Source of the DNA: a virus
Strand: one strand, 5' to 3'
Length of the DNA: 64,000 bases
Virus record (IMG/VR): IMGVR_UViG_3300046463_000164
Below the pieces are notes generated by a model. It did not search any database. It was given only the letters and a program-made list of their open reading frames with translations, and was not told the origin of the DNA. The position numbers were made by a program, and so were the translations under genes. Positions within the stretch are counted from its first letter, which is position 1, and every line of letters begins with the position of its first letter. Shown piece after piece: positions 26,866 through 36,694 of this stretch.

Positions 26866-27821
26866 TTCCAATGACAAATAATCAGTTCCTCTATGGAATT
26901 GTTGAAGACGTCATGGATCCATATCAGCTTGGTAGACTACGGGTTAGGTGGATTGGTATTCACTCAGAGGATTTGACTGTATTGCCTACCTCGTTGCTTC
27001 CGTGGTGTCAACCTCTAGGAACAATTAACTCAGCGTTTATCTCCGGTGTTGGGGTTGCCCCTGTCGGAGTGGTTCCTGGCACAATGGTATTCGGCCTGCC
27101 GGCTGACGACGGAATGCAAGAATTTATCATTCTGGGCACCCTAGGCGGAAACCGTTCATTCTTCAATGGTGGTAAGGTGGGATTTAATGATCCTAGCGGC
27201 AACTATCCTAGAGCGGGAGTTACTGGTGATGTCAACATCAAGGCAGGCGGCAATGGGGATACAGGCTCAAGTTTCAATGTGAGTAACAACGTTGTATCTT
27301 CTACGATTCCGGGGTCAACTGATCCTGAAGTTCCAGCTAAGGTATTGGATCCAAATGCATATAAGGATACTCCTTGGATGCCTATTGCCCAATCTCAGCT
27401 AGGGATTAATGAGGCGGACAACCCTGATACTATTAAAATCTATCACCAAATCGGTGGCGGGCTTATGAGAGAACCTACCGTTGCTTGGTGTGCATCTTTC
27501 GTTGGTTGGTGTCTAGCTCAGGTAAATATCAATGGTACCAGAAGTGCTTCTTCAAGGTCTTATTTGAATTATGGTCAGTCTGTGGGTACGACAAACGTGC
27601 CGTTCGGAGCCATCGCGATATTTGGAGTGCCCAACTCTGGGTCTGGTCACGTAGCTTTTGTGTCTGCGGATAATGGAACAAGCTTGACCTGTATTGGTGG
27701 GAACCAATCTGATAAGTCTCTGCGTTCTGGCGGTATCGTGTCTAAGACAAATATTCCAAAGAATGGCAAGAGTCTAGTTTTATTGGGATGCGTGATGCCG
27801 ACCAACCTACAAGGAAAGTGA
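26862..27821 (+). CDS. 5: gp5 N-terminal OB-fold fused to an NlpC/P60-CHAP (TIGR02594-like) peptidase
   Basis: GIVEDVMDPYQLGRLRVRWIGIH..LPT..LPW (gp5 OB); PWM.IA..LG, AWCASFVGWCL, GHVAFV, GGNQSD. Confidence 0.85.
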   Translation: MIPMTNNQFLYGIVEDVMDPYQLGRLRVRWIGIHSEDLTVLPTSLLPWCQPLGTINSAFISGVGVAPVGVVPGTMVFGLPADDGMQEFIILGTLGGNRSFFNGGKVGFNDPSGNYPRAGVTGDVNIKAGGNGDTGSSFNVSNNVVSSTIPGSTDPEVPAKVLDPNAYKDTPWMPIAQSQLGINEADNPDTIKIYHQIGGGLMREPTVAWCASFVGWCLAQVNINGTRSASSRSYLNYGQSVGTTNVPFGAIAIFGVPNSGSGHVAFVSADNGTSLTCIGGNQSDKSLRSGGIVSKTNIPKNGKSLVLLGCVMPTNLQGK

Positions 27822-27822
27822 T

Positions 27823-28212
27823 ATGGCAAATTCATACACATACAGAGATTTTGATCTAAGCTTCAACACTCATCCGGTGACGGGTGACTTGGTTATGAAG
27901 ACAGATATTTCATCTATCTTGCAATCTATTCGTAATCTAGTCATGACCGCTGCCGGAGAGTTCCTTTGGGCGCCTGATATGGGTGGCGGGGTTAGCGAGT
28001 TGCTATTTGAACCTAACGATAACATGATGCGCATGCAGCTGTATGATAGGATCAAGACAACTATTGATAGATTCGAGCCTAGAGTGGAGATTGTGACTCT
28101 AGACATTCAAAGATTTGAGAACGGTTACGGCATCTATATCAACTTGACGTTCTATGCTCTTAACTATCCGCAAGTGATTAACGAAACTATACCAATCAAG
28201 AGATTAAGATAA
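27823..28212 (+). CDS. 25: Baseplate wedge subunit gp25
   Basis: YRDFDLSF..HPVTGD, SIRNLV.T..GE, LLFEP, FEPRV. Confidence 0.92.
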   Translation: MANSYTYRDFDLSFNTHPVTGDLVMKTDISSILQSIRNLVMTAAGEFLWAPDMGGGVSELLFEPNDNMMRMQLYDRIKTTIDRFEPRVEIVTLDIQRFENGYGIYINLTFYALNYPQVINETIPIKRLR

Positions 28213-28213
28213 A

Positions 28214-31200
28214 ATGCAATTTAAATCAGGACAAATAAACAAGATTCTAGGGTGCGGAGCGGCTACTGAAGCTAAGTGGCTTGATGCGATTAACGCTGCT
28301 TGCGCACAATATCAAATTAACACCAAGCTTCGCCTAGCAGCCTTCATTGCTCAGGTGGGGCATGAGTCTGGCCGTCTATCTGCGGTTAGCGAAAACTTGA
28401 ACTACTCTGCCAAGGGTCTACAGGGAACTTGGCCTAGTCGTTTTGATGCAACTCTAGCGAATACCTGTGCTCGCAATCCTGAGAAGATTGCTAACGTGGT
28501 ATATAGCGATCGTATGGGTAATGGTTCGGTGAATTCTGGGGATGGCTGGAAGTACCGGGGTCGTGGACTAATCCAATGCACCGGTAAGTCTACCTACAGC
28601 GCTTTCTCTCAATCTTGCGGCACTGACTGCGTCAGTAACCCTGATCTGCTAACTCAACCTGCTATGGCAGCTATGAGCGCTGGTTGGTTCTGGAATTCTA
28701 AGGGGTTGAACGCTTATGCTGATCGTAGCGATATGGTCTCTATCACCAAGAGAATTAACGGCGGTCTAAACGGTCAAGACGACCGTATGGCACTATACAA
28801 GATTGCTTTGATTGTATTGTCTGATGAAGAGCCTACGGACGACGCAGTAAAAAAAGTTGAGCCGACACCGGATACGACAGCGCCGGTGTCGGAGCAAAAG
28901 ACCCCCGCTGCTCAAAACACTTCTATCATAGAACCAAAAGCTGCCAGCAACACTGGCAAGTATCCTTGGAACTTGGTAACAGAATCTCGCTCTGGCCACT
29001 TCAGTGAAGTTGATGATACTCCTGGAGCAGAGCGTTTGAACATGACGCATCGTACTGGAACCTATTGGGAAATTAACCCTCTAGGAACATTTACGATCAA
29101 ATCAGTTATGGACCATTATGCAATTGCTCAAGGGGATTCTTATGGTCATGTTGCGGGTAACTACACTCAACAAGTGAAGGGTCAGTCATACCGTCAAACC
29201 GATGGCGATATGATCTTCAAGGCAAGCGGTAACTACTTCATCGGCGCTCCAAAAGTTCAGATGAATACCGGTATGCTGGCGGTATCTGGAGAGATCAATT
29301 CTCCTGCCATCAATGCTTCTATGTTTGGAGGTATGAGCGGCGGATTCTCTTACGGTGATATGTTGTCCCGTGAGGCTCTGGTTGCCTACGATCTTAGGGA
29401 TGGCGGAGCGCCGATGTTGGGCGGTGCGCTAGGCTTTACAGCCGGATCAAGCAGCGACCCGTCTGCGGCCGGTTCTGCTGACTCTCAACTCACTAATAAT
29501 CTATCCAAGCAATCTCCTAGTGGTAGAAAGTGGGTGACTAACGGAGTTCCTGCTACACAGACTACGTTGGCTCCGGGCAACACTTCGGCAACTGGCGGGT
29601 TGAATGATCTAAGCGGAGGTTCTTCTGCTGCTGGTACAACTACATCGGCTACTTTATCGGGTGATGGAACCAGCTCAGGCTTCTCTAGCTCTGATCCCGA
29701 TATCCCTCCATCCAAGGGAACTGGATTCCGGGTTTCCGATTTGGCTGCGGTAGGTATTGGAGCGGCTGGTGTTGCGGCAGCAGTTAGTTCTTTGATCAAG
29801 AATAACGACCCTGATCCTGCGGTGGCTAACGCTATGGCAACGGCAGTGGGTAACATCAATACTCAAACGTATGCGGCATCTAATCAAACTCCTGTGTTCA
29901 TTAAACACGTAACCTTTGATAAGCCAATTCTATTGAGTCAGTCTGTTCCGGGTTCTGAGCCTGATCCTACATTGTATGTTAATAACCTTCATACAATTGT
30001 TGATCCTGTTACTGGAGTCGGTAAGCTGCATATTAGCGATGGCACTTCTTGGAATGTTGTTAATGATCCTTCAGAGTCTAAGGCTTATACTGATTCTCAA
30101 GTAGCAGCAGTAGCGGTCGATTATAACAATAAGATTCTGTCGGAAGCAGCGGCTAGAACGGACGCCATTTCTGCGGCTATCCTACAGGAAGCAACTGATA
30201 GAGGCGCAGCGGTTACGGCTGAAGCGACAGCTAGACAAGCCGCTGATAGTTCTCTATCTGATTTGATCACGACGCTGACGGCTTCAACCGATGAAAATGC
30301 AGCAGCGATTCAGACTGAAGTTCAAGCTAGAACGGATGCGATTACTGCCGAAGCTACGGCTAGACAAAATCTAGCTGCGATAGTTGGGGATAATACCTCT
30401 GCTATCTCGACAGAGGCAACGACTCGTGCTAATGCAGACTCGGCAAACGCTCAAGCCATTCAGACTGTTACTTCCAGAATCAACAATGGAAATGCAGCTT
30501 CGTTTGCTCCGTATCAGACTTGGCCTTTTAACAACGTAACCGGTAGTTGGACTGCAACTCACGCTACGTTTGCTATTTCTGGCGGATATGGTTTATTGAC
30601 TTCTACGGCTAATGACCCTAACTTTTTGTCTCCGATAATCAGTATCAACGGAGCCTCTTATAACAAGGTCAGAGCAAGAGTCAAGAGAACAGGCGGTTCT
30701 GGTTGGGATGGTACATTGTATTACGCAACAGCCGGTCACGGATTTTCTTCTTCGTATATGGCAACTATCACTGCTGATCCGGGAATGGCTGATTGGTACG
30801 TTCTAGAGTGGGATATGACAAATCTTGCTGCTGGAGGTTCTGATTGGTCTTCAAGCACGATCACTCAACTCCGTATTGATTTGGGTTCTAATACAAGCGC
30901 TTCTGATGTATTCCAAATTGATTGGGTAGCAGTGGGATCGAGAGCAGCCGGTGTAGATGGTTACAGTTTTGCAACTGTCCAGACTCAGGCAACCACTAGC
31001 GCAACTGATGTGAATAACATCAAGGCACAGTGGGCGATCAAGACTAATGTTAACGGATATGTTTCTGGTATCGCATTGGTTAATGATTTGATCAATGGTA
31101 ATCCGACATCCAGCTTTGCGGTTCAGGCTAGTGTGTTTAAGCTAGTAAGTCCGGACAACAGCAAGGTGGCTACACCTTTCACGGTTGATTCTAACGGTAA

Positions 31201-31396
31201 TGCAAACTTTACTGGGGTAATTAATGCGGCGGGAGGTGTGTTCAGCGGAACTGTGAACGGAACGTTGTCTGGTCCTAGTGGTAGTATCGGCTTGCTGAGA
31301 ACCACATCAACTGGACAGAGAACTGAAATCGACAACAACGGGATTCGTACTTACGATTCCAATGGTACTTTGAGAATTAGATTGGGGATTTGGTAA
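28214..31396 (+). CDS. Chimeric tail spike: GH19 lysozyme, gp5 C-terminal region, coiled coil and lambda-J-like fibre tip
   Basis: AAFIAQVGHES/YRGRGLIQ/RINGG (GH19); YPWNLVTESRSGH..EVDDTPGAERL..HRTGT (gp5); EATARQ repeats; AQWAIK..GYVSGI..FAVQA..F (DUF1983-like); YDSNGTLRIRLGIW. Confidence 0.8.
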   Translation: MQFKSGQINKILGCGAATEAKWLDAINAACAQYQINTKLRLAAFIAQVGHESGRLSAVSENLNYSAKGLQGTWPSRFDATLANTCARNPEKIANVVYSDRMGNGSVNSGDGWKYRGRGLIQCTGKSTYSAFSQSCGTDCVSNPDLLTQPAMAAMSAGWFWNSKGLNAYADRSDMVSITKRINGGLNGQDDRMALYKIALIVLSDEEPTDDAVKKVEPTPDTTAPVSEQKTPAAQNTSIIEPKAASNTGKYPWNLVTESRSGHFSEVDDTPGAERLNMTHRTGTYWEINPLGTFTIKSVMDHYAIAQGDSYGHVAGNYTQQVKGQSYRQTDGDMIFKASGNYFIGAPKVQMNTGMLAVSGEINSPAINASMFGGMSGGFSYGDMLSREALVAYDLRDGGAPMLGGALGFTAGSSSDPSAAGSADSQLTNNLSKQSPSGRKWVTNGVPATQTTLAPGNTSATGGLNDLSGGSSAAGTTTSATLSGDGTSSGFSSSDPDIPPSKGTGFRVSDLAAVGIGAAGVAAAVSSLIKNNDPDPAVANAMATAVGNINTQTYAASNQTPVFIKHVTFDKPILLSQSVPGSEPDPTLYVNNLHTIVDPVTGVGKLHISDGTSWNVVNDPSESKAYTDSQVAAVAVDYNNKILSEAAARTDAISAAILQEATDRGAAVTAEATARQAADSSLSDLITTLTASTDENAAAIQTEVQARTDAITAEATARQNLAAIVGDNTSAISTEATTRANADSANAQAIQTVTSRINNGNAASFAPYQTWPFNNVTGSWTATHATFAISGGYGLLTSTANDPNFLSPIISINGASYNKVRARVKRTGGSGWDGTLYYATAGHGFSSSYMATITADPGMADWYVLEWDMTNLAAGGSDWSSSTITQLRIDLGSNTSASDVFQIDWVAVGSRAAGVDGYSFATVQTQATTSATDVNNIKAQWAIKTNVNGYVSGIALVNDLINGNPTSSFAVQASVFKLVSPDNSKVATPFTVDSNGNANFTGVINAAGGVFSGTVNGTLSGPSGSIGLLRTTSTGQRTEIDNNGIRTYDSNGTLRIRLGIW

Positions 31397-31719
31397 TGGG
31401 CTTAGGTCTTGAAGTTTATAATGCCAGCGGAGTAAAGACCTTTCAATCTGGAGATTATCTCCCCAGATATCAAGGTAGTTTCTTCACAGGTCAATACAAC
31501 GGATCATATACTGACAATAACTTATTGGATCCCACCGGTACTCCATTTGTTATGTATTTTCCTACCACGACTCCAATCACCTCAACCTATGGTCAGGGAG
31601 GTTGGCCCGCGAAGGTATCAAGATCAGGAGCGACCATCAGTTGGGTCTTTGACCCGTCTATCCTTCAGGGACCGGATGGTGGTTGTTGTAATGGCTACAT
31701 CATATATGGTCTGAGATAA
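31396..31719 (+). CDS. Tail-tip accessory protein (J-associated type)
   Basis: GLEVYNASG start, ISW, IIYG end; coupled to the spike gene. Confidence 0.6.
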   Translation: MGLGLEVYNASGVKTFQSGDYLPRYQGSFFTGQYNGSYTDNNLLDPTGTPFVMYFPTTTPITSTYGQGGWPAKVSRSGATISWVFDPSILQGPDGGCCNGYIIYGLR

Positions 31720-32499
31720 TCAGAGATATTGGTTAGTAATATCAACAATGAACATGGGCGAGCCATATGGTTGAGTAAGCAAGAAGCTGTTGCTGAAAGC
31801 ATTACAATATGGCGTTCCCGTTCCCGCATCCCCTTCTGTGGTAGCATAACAAGGGTTATTGCCGTTATTCACTAGGAAGGTCTGGAAGTATTGATCGTTA
31901 GACCCTTGGTGTAGGGTATAAGAATAAATCTTTGGTAGACAAATACCTACTGCGATCTTTTGGTTGATACTTCCGGATGCAAGTGTAGTAGATGCCGGTG
32001 GGTGATATACCGGGAAGGTTCCTGCAGCACCTTGGACAATATTCCAGCTATCAGGAACCTGAGCAAATCCGATCATTCTCATTGGTTCATAATCAGAACT
32101 GAAGGTGACTCGACCGGATGCGTTGTAAACCGTCAAACCTACGTGAGCTGGCGTAATGTTAGGCGTTTGGTCATAAATATAATAAGTGAATGACATCGGC
32201 GCAGGTTGGCCTGACGAATTAAACGTCAAGAAGCAAAAGGTGAAGTTGTTTCCCGATTGCAACGTGTAATAGAAGCTGACCAATTGGCCCTTGGTATCGA
32301 TACAGATAACAGGGCTGGTTCCGGTGTATGATACGGTAGCAATGTATGATGCCGGATTGGGGTCAACGTTGTTTGAGACAGCCACATTTTGATAAGACGA
32401 AGTGACCCAGCCTTTAGTTATGAGAGCCATATTCACATAGTTTTGGTCAATCTGGACGAATCCGTGATCACCAAACACTTGAAGTCCTGCAGAAGACAT
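31720..32499 (-). CDS. Tail-tip accessory / receptor-binding protein (J-associated type)
   Basis: AGLQVF..G.VQID..Y.N and a second GLTVYNASGRVTFSS repeat. Confidence 0.6.
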   Translation of the reverse strand: MSSAGLQVFGDHGFVQIDQNYVNMALITKGWVTSSYQNVAVSNNVDPNPASYIATVSYTGTSPVICIDTKGQLVSFYYTLQSGNNFTFCFLTFNSSGQPAPMSFTYYIYDQTPNITPAHVGLTVYNASGRVTFSSDYEPMRMIGFAQVPDSWNIVQGAAGTFPVYHPPASTTLASGSINQKIAVGICLPKIYSYTLHQGSNDQYFQTFLVNNGNNPCYATTEGDAGTGTPYCNAFSNSFLLTQPYGSPMFIVDITNQYL

Positions 32500-32551
32500 A
32501 GTATTTCCTTTTGTTTGAAACGGTAGTAAAAATATTTAATGGAGTAGGCAA

Positions 32552-33013
32552 ATGGTTAAGGTAGCATTTTTCAAAGGTCGTCACCCGTCGATTATCGATA
32601 ACATCGGGTCAGACTTGGTTCGTTGGTGGACAAACGGACCATATTCACACGTTGAGATAATCACCAAAACTAATGATCAAGGACAAAGCTATACCTTGTC
32701 GGCAGTTCTGAAAGCAAACGCGGTGCGTGGAGTTTGGCAGACTCTAGTGGATTCTGACTGGGACTTCGTTGAGTTGGATATTGATCCTGCTGTAGTAGAG
32801 TCTTGGTTTGATGATAAGATTAAACAGGGTTGTAAATATGATCTGTTGGGTCTGATCGGTTTTGTCCTAAGACGCAATCAATATAGCAAGAATAAATACT
32901 TTTGTTCAGAGACCGTTGCGGATTCTGTCGGTGTAGCTGAAGGATGGCGCTATGACCCGAACGCTCTCAAACCAATTATTGATAAACTTTCTACCTATAA
33001 CAAGGGAACCTAA
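32552..33013 (+). CDS. Permuted papain-like (NlpC/P60) amidase-family protein
   Basis: PYSHVE ... KYDLLG ... YFCSE (His before Cys). Confidence 0.7.
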   Translation: MVKVAFFKGRHPSIIDNIGSDLVRWWTNGPYSHVEIITKTNDQGQSYTLSAVLKANAVRGVWQTLVDSDWDFVELDIDPAVVESWFDDKIKQGCKYDLLGLIGFVLRRNQYSKNKYFCSETVADSVGVAEGWRYDPNALKPIIDKLSTYNKGT

Positions 33014-33014
33014 T

Positions 33015-33389
33015 ATGTCACGTTTTACTCCTATTGATGCTGCCGATAAGGAAGCAATGAAGACTCGCGCACTAGCTCTAAAGCCCCGCGCATTGAATGT
33101 TGTTGCTTCTGCACAAGGTTGGTCGCAAGTTCGTCCTAATGGCTCCCTAGAATTGCTAGTATCGTATCGCGGTCTAGATGAATTGCTAGGTGATGCTACA
33201 AGCGATCAAGATTCATCTGCCGAGCCAGTTGAAGTCGCCGCAGAAGAAGTAGCGGTTGAAGATACCGTTGCGGATGCTGCTCCTGAGCCTGCTGCAGCCC
33301 CTAAGAAGGCTGGACGCCCGAAGCGGGTAGCGGAGCCAGTCGCAGTGGAAGCGGACGCTCCTGCTGAGTCTAAAGAGGCGGCTGAATAA
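33015..33389 (+). CDS. Hypothetical protein with acidic Ala/Pro-rich tail
   Basis: ATG 33015 after AAGGGA. Confidence 0.6.
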   Translation: MSRFTPIDAADKEAMKTRALALKPRALNVVASAQGWSQVRPNGSLELLVSYRGLDELLGDATSDQDSSAEPVEVAAEEVAVEDTVADAAPEPAAAPKKAGRPKRVAEPVAVEADAPAESKEAAE

Positions 33390-33757
33390 TGAAGACTGTT
33401 CAAGACTTCCTTCAGAAGTTAGTTGAAGATGCTGCCGGTGGTGATGGCGGTGAAGAAACATCAACTAATAACGTAAGCTCAGGCAATGTAGCATTGGTCA
33501 CTCCGCCAATGGGCGCTGTTCAGAAGCGTAAAAATCCGGTATCAGAGGACGTTTCAAATTCTACTGAAACCGACAACGCATTGGCAGATACCGTAGGTCA
33601 AATTCCTCTAGGCACGGTTTATGCTGATGGTGCCAAGGGCAAGGTTGATCCTAACACCGGAGAAGAAGTTGCTGCCCCGGTTGAAGATGAATGCTTAGTT
33701 ACGCGATTCATGCGACTACAACAATACCAAAACGATCAGATGATCAGCTATGCATAA
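33389..33757 (+). CDS. Hypothetical acidic protein, possibly head-associated
   Basis: EE.STNNVSSGNVA motif of T4-like head-region proteins. Confidence 0.5.
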   Translation: MKTVQDFLQKLVEDAAGGDGGEETSTNNVSSGNVALVTPPMGAVQKRKNPVSEDVSNSTETDNALADTVGQIPLGTVYADGAKGKVDPNTGEEVAAPVEDECLVTRFMRLQQYQNDQMISYA

Positions 33758-33760
33758 AAG

Positions 33761-33789
33761 AATCCTCCAGAGAAATCTGGAGGATTTTT
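33761..33789 (+). terminator. Intrinsic terminator
   Basis: AATCCTCCAGA-GAAA-TCTGGAGGATTTTT. Confidence 0.8.
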
Positions 33790-33790
33790 C

Positions 33791-33819
33791 TTTACTTTAC
33801 ATACTATCCCCGCTATAAT
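33791..33819 (+). promoter_or_regulatory. Sigma70-type promoter for DNA polymerase
   Basis: TTTACT-N17-TATAAT with CATACTA. Confidence 0.8.
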
Positions 33820-33864
33820 ATCGGTGAACCCTGTAGGAGTTAACGTTGTTTAATATGGAGAAAT

Positions 33865-36606
33865 ATGTCCGATAATTTTTACACGAACATCGATGTTCGT
33901 GGTAGCAAGATTTTTCTGCGCTATTTTGAAGATGATAAGCATAAGTCTGAGATCATCGAATTTGCGCCTGAGTTGTATATCCGCACTAATGATGCCGCCA
34001 AAGCCGACGCAATGTCGATGCACGATGAACCACTAGAGGCGGTTCAATTCTCTGATAGTAAGGAAATGAGAAGCTTCATCGAATCTTACAAAGATATCGA
34101 TGGTTTCGCCGTTTATGGTACTGAGAGTATCATGAATCAGTTCGTCTCCAAAGTTTATCCTGGTGAGATTAAGTATGATGGTGCAAAGATTAAGGGAGCG
34201 ATTGTCGACATTGAAACCTTTTCTGGAGATATTGAGGTTCTTCCTGACGGTACGATTGCGCCCATCGATGGTCCGTTTCCTAAGCCAGAAGAAGCAGCGC
34301 ACCCGATCAATCTGATCACACTGTATCATACGGTAGAGAAGAAGTATTACGTTTGGGGTCTGGAGTATTTCAAGGGCCAGTTCATCGGAACCTATAAACA
34401 CAATCCGGCTCATCCCCGCGTAGGTAAGCTGAACGTTGAGTATCGCGGGTTCCGTGAGGAATTCGATATGCTGAACGACTTCGTGGGACTATGGCAACAG
34501 AAGGCTTTCAACTTCTGGAGCGGCTGGTATATTGAGGGCTTTGATAATCCGTATCTGACGAACCGTATTGAGAAGGTTTGCGGAGAGGCGATGAAGAAGA
34601 AACTCAGTCCGTGGAACATGGTTAACAAGAATTCGATTAAGACTGGTTGGGGTGAAGAACAAACCGTCTATGAATTCTTCGGAACCCAGATGCTCGACTA
34701 CAAGCAATTGTTCGAGAAGCACGGCTATATGAATCCGGATGACACAAAGCTGGATACGGTTGCTCGTTTGATTCTGGGCGAAGGTAAGGTTGATTACGCG
34801 GATGAAGGTAATCTGAACACGTTGTATATTCGGAATTATCAGAAGGCTGTAGAATACAACTTGGTTGACGTCGATCTGATCGTTATGATGAACGCCAAGA
34901 AACGATTCTTCGAGTTGACGTACATTCTGGCATATCTATGTAAGGCGAATTATCAGGATACGCTTGGAACAGTGCGTCCGTGGTCGTCGCTGACGTATTC
35001 GATGCTGGTGAATCGCGGTCAACGTCCTAAGATCAAATCAGTCTATGAAGGTGATACGCAGTTTGGCGGTGGGTTCGTCCGGGAAATTAAGGGTGGCCGA
35101 TTCAAGTGGGTCGTATCTTGTGACTTGAATAGTCTATATCCTCACTTGATTCAGCAGTACAATCTCGGAGCGGAAACGATTGTTGAACCTGAAGATTTGC
35201 CGGTAGAGGTTCGGAATATTCCTAACTTCACACTAGATGATCTGGTCAACAAGCGAGTCGATCTGTCGGCGCTGAAGAAGTATAACTTGTGTATGACGGC
35301 GAATCGTGCTTTCTTCCGTCGAGGCAAGAAGTCTATCTTCAATGAAAAGACGCGGGAGATTTATGATTCTCGTAAGAAGGTTAAGAAGCAAATGCTTGCC
35401 TTCGAACAAGAGGAAGTGAATCTGAATGCTAAGATTGGCGACCGTGAGCCGACTCCTGAAGAAATGATGGTGTTGGAAGAACTAGCGATCAAAATCTCGA
35501 CATATGATGTTCATCAACACTCGTTGAAGATTCTGATGAACTCTCTGTTTGGAGCGATCGGCAATAAGTGGTTCCGTGAGTTCTTCGATATTCGGGTTGC
35601 GGAAGGTATCACGTTGTCTGGTAAGCTGTCGATTCTGTGGATCGCCCGTAAGCTAGACGAGTATATGAACAAGGTTCTGAAGTTGGGTGAAGTTGAGCAT
35701 AAGATTCACCACACTAACCGTCCGGCAGCTACAACCCTGGAAGTCGTAAGCGGTCACAACTTCGCAATCTATCAGGATACTGACTCGTGCTATCTGGATA
35801 TGTCTAAGCTGGTAGACAAGTTGTTTACTGAAGAACAGCAAAAGACCGAAGTTGAGAAGATTGTTAACTTCCTGGATAAGTTGTTCTCGGATAAGATTGA
35901 ACCTTATATCGACAGTTGCTATCAAGAACTGGCGGAGTATGTCAACGCGGACGATCAGCGTATGTTCATGAAGCGAGAAGTTATTGCGACTTCGGCAATC
36001 TGGTCTGCGAAGAAACGTTACACTATGTTGGTGGCCGACTCTGAAGGCGTTCGTTACTTCCCTGATCTGTATCATAAGACGGTTGGTCTAGATGCAGTTA
36101 AGGCGTCGTCTCCGAAGCATTGCCGGGACTGGATGTTGGAAGCATACAAGATTGCTCTTCAAGGAACCGAAGAAGAATTGCAAGACTTCTGCGCAGTGAA
36201 GAAGAAAGAGTTTATGTCTTTGCCGGTAGAACGGGTTGCAACTCCGTCGGGTGTGAATGGATTGGAGAAGTATTTCGATCCTGAAAACGTCTATACGAAG
36301 GGAGCACCGAAACACGTTAAAGCGGCTTTGTATCATAACTATATTATCCAGAAGAATAAGATTCCTGGCATAGCTAAGATTCAGTCTGGTGATAAGATTA
36401 AGTTTGTTGAGCTGAGACAGCCTAATCCTTATGGTTGCGAGTGTATCGCTTTCCAGGGTAAGTTGCCGCCAGAGTTTAAGTTGGAGAAGTATATCAACTA
36501 TGAGTCTAACTTCGAACGGTCGTTTACATCGTTGCTGGATAATCTGTTGAAATCTATTAATTGGAGTTCTACTCGTCAAGCATCTGTAATGGACTGGTTT
36601 AGCTAA
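33865..36606 (+). CDS. 43: DNA polymerase, family B (gp43)
   Basis: DIET, FD.PYL.NR, YNLVDV, DLNSLYP, KILMNSLFG, YQDTDS, KKRY. Confidence 0.97.
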   Translation: MSDNFYTNIDVRGSKIFLRYFEDDKHKSEIIEFAPELYIRTNDAAKADAMSMHDEPLEAVQFSDSKEMRSFIESYKDIDGFAVYGTESIMNQFVSKVYPGEIKYDGAKIKGAIVDIETFSGDIEVLPDGTIAPIDGPFPKPEEAAHPINLITLYHTVEKKYYVWGLEYFKGQFIGTYKHNPAHPRVGKLNVEYRGFREEFDMLNDFVGLWQQKAFNFWSGWYIEGFDNPYLTNRIEKVCGEAMKKKLSPWNMVNKNSIKTGWGEEQTVYEFFGTQMLDYKQLFEKHGYMNPDDTKLDTVARLILGEGKVDYADEGNLNTLYIRNYQKAVEYNLVDVDLIVMMNAKKRFFELTYILAYLCKANYQDTLGTVRPWSSLTYSMLVNRGQRPKIKSVYEGDTQFGGGFVREIKGGRFKWVVSCDLNSLYPHLIQQYNLGAETIVEPEDLPVEVRNIPNFTLDDLVNKRVDLSALKKYNLCMTANRAFFRRGKKSIFNEKTREIYDSRKKVKKQMLAFEQEEVNLNAKIGDREPTPEEMMVLEELAIKISTYDVHQHSLKILMNSLFGAIGNKWFREFFDIRVAEGITLSGKLSILWIARKLDEYMNKVLKLGEVEHKIHHTNRPAATTLEVVSGHNFAIYQDTDSCYLDMSKLVDKLFTEEQQKTEVEKIVNFLDKLFSDKIEPYIDSCYQELAEYVNADDQRMFMKREVIATSAIWSAKKRYTMLVADSEGVRYFPDLYHKTVGLDAVKASSPKHCRDWMLEAYKIALQGTEEELQDFCAVKKKEFMSLPVERVATPSGVNGLEKYFDPENVYTKGAPKHVKAALYHNYIIQKNKIPGIAKIQSGDKIKFVELRQPNPYGCECIAFQGKLPPEFKLEKYINYESNFERSFTSLLDNLLKSINWSSTRQASVMDWFS

Positions 36607-36694
36607 TCATATGGCCCCTCAGTATATTCATACTGAGGGGCTTTACTTCGTCCGACTTTACATAGTATAATTTCGTACCTTAACTAAGAATGGA

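Noticed and set aside
33865-36606. Intein or intron in polymerase, RNR or topoisomerase
   Set aside because: Lengths are ordinary and the frames continuous; no intein splice motifs were seen.
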